This document shows, piece after piece, positions 25,522 to 34,586 of a DNA stretch of 64,000 bases. The stretch is from Bdellovibrionales bacterium. GTDB lineage: Bacteria > Bdellovibrionota > Bdellovibrionia > Bdellovibrionales > Bdellovibrionaceae. The notes under the pieces were generated by a model. That model was given only the letters and a program-made list of their open reading frames with translations, was not told the origin of the DNA and did not search any database. The position numbers and the translations under genes were made by a program. The stretch lies in assembly GCA_031370005.1 (NCBI GenBank), contig JANMPT010000003.1, positions 16,229 to 80,228 of the forward strand, given 5' to 3'. Position 1 is the stretch's first letter. The number at the start of each line of letters is the position of its first letter.

Positions 25522-25596
25522 TGGTGGACCCAACCAGAGTCGAACTGGTGACTTATCCATGCCATGGACATATAATCCCAACTTCACCATGGGCCC
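25522..25596 (-). tRNA. tRNA-Ala (anticodon GGC)
   Basis: Hand-folded from the reverse complement: GGGCCCA-TG-GTGA-AGTTGGGA-TTAT-A-TGTCC-ATGGCAT-GGATA-AGTC-ACCAG-TTCGACT-CTGGT-TGGGTCC-A-CCA. It has a G3-U70 pair, T8, A14, G18G19, T33 and a TTCGA T-loop. The D-stem consists only of A-U and G-U pairs, which lowers confidence. Confidence 0.65.
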
Positions 25597-25860
25597 GTTT
25601 TTCATTCTACCTATAGTCACTCCGCAGACGACTAACAATGGTTTTAATATAGACTCTTGCAGCGGCAACATACGTTATAACTATCGCCCCTAGCGCTCCG
25701 AAAAAAGTCAAAACTACCTGCACCAAAAATGTACTCAATATTCAGCAAAACCTTGGCGTAGATGTCGCGCGCGCGAGTAAATAGGACTTCCCTTTCAAAA
25801 AAATGAGTCAACTGTCTGGCTTAGCTTGCTCCTTCAGAGGTGAAGAGGTAGATTTACCTG

Positions 25861-27108
25861 ATGAGTACGAAATTCCAAAGAGTCCGTGGGACTCGTGATT
25901 TGCTGCCAGAGGATAATATTAAATTCCGATTCGTGGAGGCTACAGCCCACGCGCTTTCACTCTTATATGGCTATGGCGAAATTGAAACCCCTATCTTTGA
26001 GTTTTCAGAGATCTTTCATCGCACACTTGGCGAGACTTCAGATGTCGTCAGTAAAGAAAGCTACACCTTCCAAGATCGTGGCGGCGATAGTATTACCTTG
26101 CGCCCTGAGGGCACCGCCGGAGTCGCCCGTGCTTTTGTCTCTGAGGGCATGGCTCAGAGCTTGCCATTAAAATTTTATTACTATGGGCCCATGTTTCGCT
26201 ATGAGCGACCTCAAAAAGGCCGCTATCGTCAGTTCAAACAATTAGGCGTTGAATATTTGGGCGTCGAATCGCCACTGGCCGATGTCGAGTGTATCACTAT
26301 GGCTTGGGATCTACTTAATAAAATTGGTATTGCTGGAAAATGCCACCTTGAGATTAATACTTTGGGTGATGCTGAAAGCCGTGCTAATTACCGAAAAGCT
26401 CTTGTGACTTACTTCACTCAACACCAGGAGAAACTTTCTGCCGATAGTAAAATTCGGTTAAATAAGAATCCCCTTCGCATTCTTGACTCTAAGGACGATG
26501 GCGATCGCGCTCTGATTGCCAATGCTCCAGCATTGCATGAGCATCTAAATGAGGCCTCGAAAAAATTCTTTGATGACCTTTTAAAGGGAATCAAAATTTT
26601 GGGGATTCCTTACGAGATCAATCAAAAGCTTGTGCGCGGCTTGGATTACTATTGCCACACTGTTTTTGAATTCGTGACCACCGAGCTAGGCGCGCAAGGC
26701 TCAGTGCTTGGTGGTGGGCGCTACGATGGGCTTATTGAAATAATGGGGGGACCAAAAACTCCAGGCATCGGCTGGGCCGCCGGCGTTGATCGTCTATCTG
26801 ATTTAGTTCCCTTAGAAAAATATCAAAAACACGAAGTTTTTCTCGCCATTATTCCCGCTGATGATATTGGAGAAACAGAGGCCCTCAAGATCGCTCACAA
26901 ATTGCGTCTTAATGGCTTCAAATCAGAGATTTTAATTTCAGGAAAAATGAGTAAACGCTTTCAAAGAGCTGATAAAATCGGAGCCACTCATGCTCTGATT
27001 CTTGGTGAAAACGAAGTCAGCGCCCATTCCATCGCAGTAAAGAATTTAAAATCTGGCCTGCAAGAGAATTTGTCCTTGGATGAGCTCATGAAAAAAATTA
27101 AAATCTAA
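25861..27108 (+). CDS. hisS: histidine--tRNA ligase
   Basis: 415-aa [28 protein letters not shown] and [14 protein letters not shown] are class II HisRS motifs. Confidence 0.95.
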   Translation: MSTKFQRVRGTRDLLPEDNIKFRFVEATAHALSLLYGYGEIETPIFEFSEIFHRTLGETSDVVSKESYTFQDRGGDSITLRPEGTAGVARAFVSEGMAQSLPLKFYYYGPMFRYERPQKGRYRQFKQLGVEYLGVESPLADVECITMAWDLLNKIGIAGKCHLEINTLGDAESRANYRKALVTYFTQHQEKLSADSKIRLNKNPLRILDSKDDGDRALIANAPALHEHLNEASKKFFDDLLKGIKILGIPYEINQKLVRGLDYYCHTVFEFVTTELGAQGSVLGGGRYDGLIEIMGGPKTPGIGWAAGVDRLSDLVPLEKYQKHEVFLAIIPADDIGETEALKIAHKLRLNGFKSEILISGKMSKRFQRADKIGATHALILGENEVSAHSIAVKNLKSGLQENLSLDELMKKIKI

Positions 27109-27109
27109 G

Positions 27110-28171
27110 CTATTTCCTGCCCAACTTAATACTATGCCCACGACTCCAGCCTGGAATATTGAGTGAGTTGGATCTCATCCACAGGAACATCATCGAAATG
27201 CCAATCATAAGCATCCCCCCACTCAACCACTGGCCACGTGTCAAACCCAGCCATTGGTAACCAATCTGCACATCGGGCATGCGGAAGTACTCATCACTAA
27301 TGCGAACAATGGCATATAGAATAATAAACGATGCAGCAATAAATCCTGGCTTACGGCCCTTTCTCCATAAAAAAAATAGAAACAAGAAAAGAAAAAGGCC
27401 CTCCCCTACGGCACCAAAAAGCTGTGACGGATAGCGAGCGGTCAGAAGGGGAGCTAAAGCATCTCTGACCCCATGATTTCCAGATTGAATTTCAGTAATT
27501 ATTTTTTGAAGTGCTTCATAAACCTGAACACGAGACAAGGTATCAACTTGGTATTTTTCAAGCATGCTATGCCATTGCCCCTGATTGATGCTGATCTTAT
27601 CCACCACATCAGCTAACCCATTGAGCTTTGAGAAATCCATAGTCGGCCAATTCAAAATATCTTGAGGAAATTTCACAGAATAGGGAAAGTCAGCCGGAGC
27701 TGGGCGCCCAACAAGTTCCCCATTAATGAAATTCGCAATACGCCCAAAAAACACCCCGATGGGTCCAGACACGGAAACTAAATCCAGTAAATACAAAAAA
27801 TTCACACCATATCGACGAGCAAATATCAGGCAGGCAATAACTATCCCGATCATACCACCATGACTAGCCATGCCTCCCTCATTCACTGCAAAGACCCCCC
27901 AAAAAGGAAAGTCTGCTTTGAATTTTAAAAGCAAATCGGGAGCATAAAAAAACACGTAACCAAGACGGCCACCAACTAAGGTGCCAATAGCAACATAGGT
28001 AACAAAATCCCCCACTAAGTTCGGAGTGAGCCCTACCCGCTGGCGTTGGATCAGCCAACGAATAAGCAAATAGGCACAAATAAAGCCCACCATGTACGAC
28101 AAGCCATACCAGCGAATACCAAAATTCTCAGAAAACTGTATAGCAAATGGATTTAAATCATGAACATACAT
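27110..28171 (-). CDS. lgt: prolipoprotein diacylglyceryl transferase
   Basis: 353-aa polytopic ORF with IRWYGLSYMVGF, GGRLGYV and GRIANFINGEL(V)GR motifs. Carries a ~70-aa insertion relative to short Lgt proteins. Confidence 0.9.
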   Translation of the reverse strand: MYVHDLNPFAIQFSENFGIRWYGLSYMVGFICAYLLIRWLIQRQRVGLTPNLVGDFVTYVAIGTLVGGRLGYVFFYAPDLLLKFKADFPFWGVFAVNEGGMASHGGMIGIVIACLIFARRYGVNFLYLLDLVSVSGPIGVFFGRIANFINGELVGRPAPADFPYSVKFPQDILNWPTMDFSKLNGLADVVDKISINQGQWHSMLEKYQVDTLSRVQVYEALQKIITEIQSGNHGVRDALAPLLTARYPSQLFGAVGEGLFLFLFLFFLWRKGRKPGFIAASFIILYAIVRISDEYFRMPDVQIGYQWLGLTRGQWLSGGMLMIGISMMFLWMRSNSLNIPGWSRGHSIKLGRK

Positions 28172-28257
28172 AAAACCTCAGTCTCAATCTTGGACGAATA
28201 GATAAAATCTTAGACCCAAGTGACCCTAAAGTGCAAAATTAAAAATGGAGGACTCTA

Positions 28258-29025
28258 ATGATTCACTTCAGATCACTTCTGACACTCAGTGTGGTATTCC
28301 TTTCACTTAACAGCCATGCACAGTCCTCCTCCCAAGGAGGTGGAAATAGCAACTTTTTCCAAAGAGCTGAGCGCCGCGAAAGCAAGCGCTGGACCCTACA
28401 GGAATGGATGGCCCAAAAAGATAAAAATCACATGATGGATGTATGGCTCTCTATGAACTCACCCTCGCCCTATGAATTGATGCTTGGCATCTCATATAAT
28501 AGTTACAGCTTAGAAAGCACCGGCAACGCCAGTTCAAACAATCACACCTCCTATCAGGGAAGCTTTTCTGCCTATGCTCAACTTGTAGGCCTTACTGCAG
28601 AATATGAAAACAACAGCCAAGAAAACTTTAATGACCTGAGTGGGCTCTTTAACCTTCGGCTTTTAGGAAATACAATCCAAGGCTCCTATTTAACTCTGCA
28701 CTACGGCTTGCGCACGCGAACACAAGAGGCACTCCAAGCAGTTCCTCAGGTGCGCTATAGTCAGCAATTTGCGCAAGCGAGTATTCAAATATATGTAATC
28801 AAGAACTTTGGTATGGATGGACTCTATCGGCTTTATTCGCCGGTAACCGATAACACTCTAGGCGAAATTAAGGGCAACCTGGTTGAAATAGGAAGTTTTA
28901 TTGATTTCAAAAACTTTCGAGTTTTTGGTTCCTGGTACAAAGAATCTCAAAGTAACGAAATCAATGCACTCATCACCAATAATACCCGAACGGGTATTCG
29001 CAGTGGTCTAAAAATCTTCTTCTAA
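28258..29025 (+). CDS. hypothetical outer-membrane beta-barrel protein
   Basis: 255-aa ORF with a signal peptide (LTLSVVFLSLNSHAQS), alternating strand pattern and a C-terminal ...LKIFF. Confidence 0.45.
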   Translation: MIHFRSLLTLSVVFLSLNSHAQSSSQGGGNSNFFQRAERRESKRWTLQEWMAQKDKNHMMDVWLSMNSPSPYELMLGISYNSYSLESTGNASSNNHTSYQGSFSAYAQLVGLTAEYENNSQENFNDLSGLFNLRLLGNTIQGSYLTLHYGLRTRTQEALQAVPQVRYSQQFAQASIQIYVIKNFGMDGLYRLYSPVTDNTLGEIKGNLVEIGSFIDFKNFRVFGSWYKESQSNEINALITNNTRTGIRSGLKIFF

Positions 29026-30386
29026 AATTCTTCCACTCCATAAAGATGATGACTCAAAATATACTGAACTACAACGGGGTGCAGGATGCTGGCCTCAGGG
29101 CGTTCGCCTTGCTTTAGAGCATTGCGAATACCTGTGGAGCTAACTCCAAAATAAAGAGCTTTCCCAATCTCAACCTTGTCGCGAATGTCGTCAGGCACAG
29201 GAATTACTTCCGAAAGTTCTCGCGGAAATACAATGTACGAACGATTGGAATCCTTGATCTTGTTTTCTTTAACCAAGTTCCCGAAGGAGTCTGATCCAAT
29301 CACTTGATAAATACTTTTCGTTCCATAAATTTGCGAAATACGTTCAAAAATTGGATCTCGGCCAAACTGATCAACAATTTGCTTCGCATCCCCAACATAA
29401 AGATTCACTCCCTCTTCGAGAGCCAATCGTTCCTTCAGCATCGCTGTGCGAGTGTTTTCACTCGAGGCACTCGGCTTGTGCGGCGTCGAGGGGTTCGCAA
29501 TGAGGATAACCTCATCGAGACCAAATTGTTGTTTTGCACTTTTCGCCGTGCTGATATGTCCTTCGTGAACAGGATCGAATGTTCCAAATAGAATACCAAT
29601 CTTTGGCTGACGTGAACTAAATGTATTCGTAAACAACTGCCCAATGGTATTACGAGAGCCGAGTTCAAAATTCGTCAGACGGCCATCCACAGAGACCGTC
29701 CCCGGCCTGATGTCTCCGCCAACTGGAACTGTCGAATAGTCCTTCATCATCGCAGGGTCTAAAGCAGCAATTGACAAGAAGTGCCCCCACATCTCACCAT
29801 TTTCGCTGACACCATTGATCAGAATTTTTAAATTTTCTGCCGGAATCTGGCTAAGGGTCAGATAGCCCGCCTTCATATAAGCCACCAGCCTGTGGTGAGC
29901 ATTCCATAGGTCAACAGTACGAATACGACCATCTATACCAGTCACCACATTTAGCAATAAGGGATCGTGCTGAAAATTGCCGCCTGCCGAACTAGAAATA
30001 TATTGAACGAGTCCATCGATTTGCTTCGGATTCCGCAACAAACGGTGCCCAGGGGCGGCAATAACCGCACCAATTTTGAGCACTCCAAGTGTGCGGCGAC
30101 GCTCTTGGCTCGAGCTTCCAGATGTCAGTATCACCTTCCGAAAGGCTGTAAATTCTGGTTGGCTTCCAAGGTTACTCAGGGGGTCCGTGACCCCACGATT
30201 TTGCAAAGGTGCTTTCATTAGATCTTGAAAAAGAGGCGAGCTTACCAGCTGCGTACTAGAAAAAACCTGTGCGCAAGAGAGGACCACCGAGGCCGATGCT
30301 CGCTCCGATAATAAAAAAATCGAAGTCGGCAGCAAGATAAGACTCAATAAAATAGATCGAATAATACTAGACATAAAACTCTCCAA
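29022..30386 (-). CDS. exported two-domain protein: ParB/Srx-like N-terminal region fused to a NadD-like nucleotidyltransferase
   Basis: 454-aa ORF with a signal-peptide-like N-terminus (ILLSLILLPTSIFLLSERASA). DLWNAHHRLVAYMKAG resembles the ParB/sulfiredoxin-fold motif. The C-terminal GTFDPVHEGH (HxGH) and VSSTGIR (ISSTxxR-like) are cytidylyltransferase/NadD motifs. Confidence 0.55.
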   Translation of the reverse strand: MESFMSSIIRSILLSLILLPTSIFLLSERASASVVLSCAQVFSSTQLVSSPLFQDLMKAPLQNRGVTDPLSNLGSQPEFTAFRKVILTSGSSSQERRRTLGVLKIGAVIAAPGHRLLRNPKQIDGLVQYISSSAGGNFQHDPLLLNVVTGIDGRIRTVDLWNAHHRLVAYMKAGYLTLSQIPAENLKILINGVSENGEMWGHFLSIAALDPAMMKDYSTVPVGGDIRPGTVSVDGRLTNFELGSRNTIGQLFTNTFSSRQPKIGILFGTFDPVHEGHISTAKSAKQQFGLDEVILIANPSTPHKPSASSENTRTAMLKERLALEEGVNLYVGDAKQIVDQFGRDPIFERISQIYGTKSIYQVIGSDSFGNLVKENKIKDSNRSYIVFPRELSEVIPVPDDIRDKVEIGKALYFGVSSTGIRNALKQGERPEASILHPVVVQYILSHHLYGVEEF

Positions 30387-30731
30387 GCCTAAGTATTATG
30401 CGACAATCATGCCGCCCCAGAGGCGATCAATCCTTAGTTAATAACAAAAGCCTGTCTAAGTTTTTCACAATATGCCGCAAAATCGGTTTGGCATCTGGGC
30501 CTTGCTGTATCCAGGATGCGGAGAATCTATATGGTTTTCCATTGAGTTTTCATCAGCTCAGAAGAGCCATTAAAAATATTTTTAGCGAAGGACATGACTT
30601 TGTCGAGACCAAAGTGAATGCGCGAATCCAAGCCCCTGCCTTTGAAGACAGGGTTCATTATGAACTGATTCAAACAAAAAAGATCATGGCTCAGAATCGC
30701 TGCGAGATGGTTTTCTAACTTAGCTAGAAAA

Positions 30732-31454
30732 CTATTCTAAGTGTTTCATCGTGTTATCGCCACCCACGTAGAAGGTCTCTGCCCGCTCAATGTGACTCAT
30801 GACCGTGTCAACCGACCATTTCATTAACAATTGCATTCCAGCAATTGGCTGCTCTTTTGTTCCAGTGTTGAATACGCTTGGCACTTCGGCATGGGCGTTG
30901 AAGGTAAAGCCCCATGAAACGTTCATGTTTGCTGGCATGATGGTCGCATTCGTTATGTATTTCCCTTGGCCATTCACAGAACCACCAGCGGTGAAAACAA
31001 CGCGGTAAGCGAAATCAACCACATTCATGCCATAGGCATTCTCATATTGTACGCGGTAAACTCTTGATTGAGGAATTTGCCAGCCAGTAATATCGGACCA
31101 ACTTCGCAAACCTTGTGGAAGAGCGTTTGCTGTATTTGTTTGAACATTCACAACAGGACGTCCCATTTCAATAACAGCCCAAATCTTTTGACCAATATTG
31201 ATAATCTTATCAAGGCTAATATTTACTTGATCTAAAGGGTCTAAACTCAAGTTCGGAACTATTTTATTATCAAGTGAAACCATATTATCCTGAATTTGAC
31301 TTGAATTATCGGCTTTAATCAGACCAACATATTGTTCAGTCACGTCAGTCATTTTAACTTTTGTTAATTCAAAGTATTTCGCATCAACTTTTTCCATGGC
31401 TTGAACATTGATTGCCAAGGAAGTTATAAACACTAAAGAAAGAATTTTTATCAT
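30732..31454 (-). CDS. hypothetical exported protein
   Basis: 240-aa ORF with a signal peptide (ILSLVFITSLAINVQA). No family recognised. Confidence 0.45.
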   Translation of the reverse strand: MIKILSLVFITSLAINVQAMEKVDAKYFELTKVKMTDVTEQYVGLIKADNSSQIQDNMVSLDNKIVPNLSLDPLDQVNISLDKIINIGQKIWAVIEMGRPVVNVQTNTANALPQGLRSWSDITGWQIPQSRVYRVQYENAYGMNVVDFAYRVVFTAGGSVNGQGKYITNATIMPANMNVSWGFTFNAHAEVPSVFNTGTKEQPIAGMQLLMKWSVDTVMSHIERAETFYVGGDNTMKHLE

Positions 31455-31633
31455 AAGCGCCCCCTATTTGTTTGATTGGCGCTGTTCTAGCAGGGACCAT
31501 TGTTTTTTCAATCATTTTTAGTTTTTATATTTTAATGCTTCGTATTAAAATATCTCGAAAGAAGTCTCCATAGACGCTGTCGTATTTAGGCTACGAACTC
31601 TGTAAAATTTATCATCGCAAACCAAACCCAGAG

Positions 31634-32872
31634 TTAGCTCCTGCGAGCCAAAAGTGCTCCATAAAATCCATCAAAACCTTCGCGATGTGGAAGGACATGC
31701 ATCTGCTGGACTAAGCTCCAATCTTGACCATTATGAGCGAGAAACCTCTCGATTTGGAGTTGGTTTTCTCCAGGCAATATACTGCAAGTCGCATAAACCA
31801 TCATGCCGCCTGGCTTTACCATTTTAGAATAGCTCTCAAGGATCTCAGCCTGGAGTTCCTGAAGTTTTTTAATTTCATCTAAAGAAATTTTCCACTTAGT
31901 ATCTGGATTGCGGCGAAGGACTCCTAATCCGGAGCATGGGACGTCCAAAAGCAAACGATCCACATCTGATTCCAGTCGCTTGATCGCCTTCGTGGATTCA
32001 ATCTCTCGAGTTTCAATAATCTCGACGCGATTGCGATTAGCACGCTCTTTCAAATCATTGAGCTTCCAGTCATGAATATCCATGCAGATAAGCTTTCCCT
32101 TGTTTTCCATAAGAGCTGCCAGATGAAGACTCTTGCCTCCTCCACCTGCACAGGCGTCGACAACCTTCATTCCTGGTTCTACTCGAAGCATCGGAGCCAC
32201 AAGTTGCGAAGCTGCGTCTTGAACTTCGAAATATCCCTGTTTGAAGGCTTCCGTAACCACAACATTTTTTCTATCTGAAAGCATCACTGCGGACTCGACC
32301 CCTGGAACTGCAACAGCATCAACGCCTTCGGCCTGAAGCTTTTTAATCAAGTCGTCACGAGTGCCGCGAAGAGTATTTGCACGCAAAAAAACTTCCGCCG
32401 GCTTATTAAGAGATTTAATAATTTCATCCCACTCGGGACCTAACTCCTGAAGGCCATAATCATATAGCCACTGGGGAACCGACTCTAAGAGTGCGACGGA
32501 TGTAATGCTCTTTTTTCGTTGCTCAAAGACAGTCTTGTCGAAGGATTTGAATTCATCCCAGTCGGGCAGAGTGTGGTAATTATCAAAGCACCAGACGGCC
32601 CATAGTTGCCAAACATCGGCTCTGGTCACAGCTCTTTCTGTGGGATCAAAACCAGCAAGCGCACCAAGGTATCTCCACCAGCGAACCATCTCGTAAACAC
32701 TTTCAGCGACGAAACGACGATCACGAGCACCCCATTTTTTTTGAGATTTCAAAACACGCTCAATGACCTTATCTGCATAACGGGATTGATTGAAAATTTC
32801 ATCTACGGCACCGACCACATTTTCGACTAAGTGACGGTGAAACTTTAATTGTGAATCTGTTTTATCTATCAA
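31634..32872 (-). CDS. RsmB/NOP2/Sun-family RNA m5C methyltransferase
   Basis: 412-aa ORF with SAM motif VVDACAGGGGKSLHLA and catalytic Cys motifs DVPCSGLGVLRRNPD and YATCSILPGEN. Confidence 0.8.
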   Translation of the reverse strand: MIDKTDSQLKFHRHLVENVVGAVDEIFNQSRYADKVIERVLKSQKKWGARDRRFVAESVYEMVRWWRYLGALAGFDPTERAVTRADVWQLWAVWCFDNYHTLPDWDEFKSFDKTVFEQRKKSITSVALLESVPQWLYDYGLQELGPEWDEIIKSLNKPAEVFLRANTLRGTRDDLIKKLQAEGVDAVAVPGVESAVMLSDRKNVVVTEAFKQGYFEVQDAASQLVAPMLRVEPGMKVVDACAGGGGKSLHLAALMENKGKLICMDIHDWKLNDLKERANRNRVEIIETREIESTKAIKRLESDVDRLLLDVPCSGLGVLRRNPDTKWKISLDEIKKLQELQAEILESYSKMVKPGGMMVYATCSILPGENQLQIERFLAHNGQDWSLVQQMHVLPHREGFDGFYGALLARRS

Positions 32873-33567
32873 AACGTGAACACCACTCCTGCGGAAAGGA
32901 AGGTGCCATTAAATTGACCCGAATTCCACAACTGCAAATGATTTTTTAAACCAGTCTCGATGAAAAAGCCAGCATTCTCAAAAACATCGAAAAAACGAGC
33001 ACCTGCAATTAACTGATAATCCAAAGACAAAGAGGCCTCTCCGTCTGTTTGGCGAAAAAAAACTCCAGGGCCAGCGCCAAAACCAAAGTACAAAGGAAAC
33101 TTAGAGGCCGCATCGGGAAAAGTGATGAGCGGCACAATAGACATTTTTAGAGGCTTAGGCTCTCCATCGCCAACAATATTGAATTGAATAAAATCAATAC
33201 GGACGTTTAGGTCCATTGAATTTCGCCACTCACCCACTCGGTAGGTCAGACCCGCAGTAAAGTCGCCAACATTAGTTTGTTTGCTTTGTGTGCCCCACTC
33301 ATAAGCCGTAGAGTTCATCATTTTACCAAAATGCAAGGCGAGGTAGTGATCACTAGTTCCTGAGTTAACATGTGAGCTGGCATTGCTTAGATCTTCTTCG
33401 CTGGAATCTTGATTGTGTTTTTCAAAATACTTCGACGCGGCCCCTCGGCCCACGCGCGGGGCCTCGTCCGCCAGTGCAATATCCAGGAGGCCTAATGTAA
33501 AAAGCAAAAGTGGCAGAAATAATCTCATGGATCCATAGTAATCAAAAAGATGCTGCAATGTAAGCAA
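32869..33567 (-). CDS. hypothetical outer-membrane beta-barrel protein
   Basis: 232-aa ORF with a signal peptide, beta-strand periodicity and a C-terminal ...AGVVFTF. Confidence 0.45.
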   Translation of the reverse strand: MLTLQHLFDYYGSMRLFLPLLLFTLGLLDIALADEAPRVGRGAASKYFEKHNQDSSEEDLSNASSHVNSGTSDHYLALHFGKMMNSTAYEWGTQSKQTNVGDFTAGLTYRVGEWRNSMDLNVRIDFIQFNIVGDGEPKPLKMSIVPLITFPDAASKFPLYFGFGAGPGVFFRQTDGEASLSLDYQLIAGARFFDVFENAGFFIETGLKNHLQLWNSGQFNGTFLSAGVVFTF

Positions 33568-33670
33568 ATGACCCGATCCGTCATAGCTTAGCTTTTATTA
33601 GGGTCTGATTGACGCCCGTATCGAGGCCTTTGTACTCTATAAACTAGCCCAAGGAACGAGACTTTAGACT

Positions 33671-34237
33671 ATGAAATGTCCTTATTGCAGTCACAGTGAA
33701 GATAGAGTTTTAGATACTCGAGTCCAAAAAGACGGTTCTACCCGCCGCCGCCGCGAGTGCCTTGAGTGCAAAGCTCGTTTCTCAACATTGGAAACCCTGA
33801 TGTTGAGCTTCCCCTTTATTATCAAAAAAGATGGACGCCGCGAGCCCTTCAGTAAAGAAAAAATTCTCAAAGGACTTCAAGCCTCTTGTCAAAAGCGACC
33901 TGTCAGCCTTGCTCAACTTGAAACCGTTGTTGAGCGCATCGCCTCTTGGATCATTAGCTGTGGTGAAAATGAAATCCCAGCACGCCTATTGGGGCTTCGG
34001 GTTATGGCAGAGCTCAAACAACTCGATGATGTGGCCTACATTCGTTTTGCAAGTGTCTATCGCGCCTTCAAAGACGTTCAAGAATTCGTTGAGACTCTGG
34101 AGGACATGGAGCTGGTCGAGCTCACGGATCCAAATAGCCCACAATTAACATTAACCTCTGTTAACCATTCTGGAAAGCCTGAAGACAATGCGAAGACAAT
34201 CCCGGGAACTAGCGCTCCAAGTCCTCTTTCAAATTGA
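33671..34237 (+). CDS. nrdR: transcriptional repressor NrdR
   Basis: N-terminal zinc ribbon (MKCPYCSHSEDRVLDTR...CLECKARFST) followed by an ATP-cone. The 188-aa ORF has a ~35-aa tail that overlaps nusB. Confidence 0.9.
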   Translation: MKCPYCSHSEDRVLDTRVQKDGSTRRRRECLECKARFSTLETLMLSFPFIIKKDGRREPFSKEKILKGLQASCQKRPVSLAQLETVVERIASWIISCGENEIPARLLGLRVMAELKQLDDVAYIRFASVYRAFKDVQEFVETLEDMELVELTDPNSPQLTLTSVNHSGKPEDNAKTIPGTSAPSPLSN

Positions 34238-34586
34238 ATTTGCTCCACAGATTTCCAATGTTGATCTTATGGATGTACTCGGTGCATCTATGGAGCCAGA
34301 AATCACAAAATTCGCTGAAGACCTAATTCGCGGAGTGCAATCCCAAAAGAATGCTATCGATGCTAAAATTCAATCTGCCAGCTCTCATTGGAAGCTTGAG
34401 CGCATGGCCACCATTGATCGCAATATCCTTCGAGTGGCGGTTTATGAAATGCACTTTGGCCCAAATCCCTTAAAAGAAAACATCGTTATTAATGAAGCTG
34501 TTGAAATCGCAAAAAAATTTGGGACCACTGAGTCTGCAAGCTTTGTAAATGGGCTTCTTGATCAGATTGCAAAGGCGCATGGATGA
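34188..34586 (+). CDS. nusB: transcription antitermination factor NusB
   Basis: 132-aa ORF. RRQSRELALQVLFQIEF and the IDRNILRVAVYE...NEAVEIAKKFG pattern match NusB. Confidence 0.9.
   Translation: MRRQSRELALQVLFQIEFAPQISNVDLMDVLGASMEPEITKFAEDLIRGVQSQKNAIDAKIQSASSHWKLERMATIDRNILRVAVYEMHFGPNPLKENIVINEAVEIAKKFGTTESASFVNGLLDQIAKAHG

Noticed and set aside
30398-30718. 106-aa plus-strand ORF in the 345-bp gap between two minus-strand genes.
   Set aside because: It has no RBS, a Cys/Arg-rich composition atypical of this genome's proteins, and no family resemblance. This is probably intergenic DNA.
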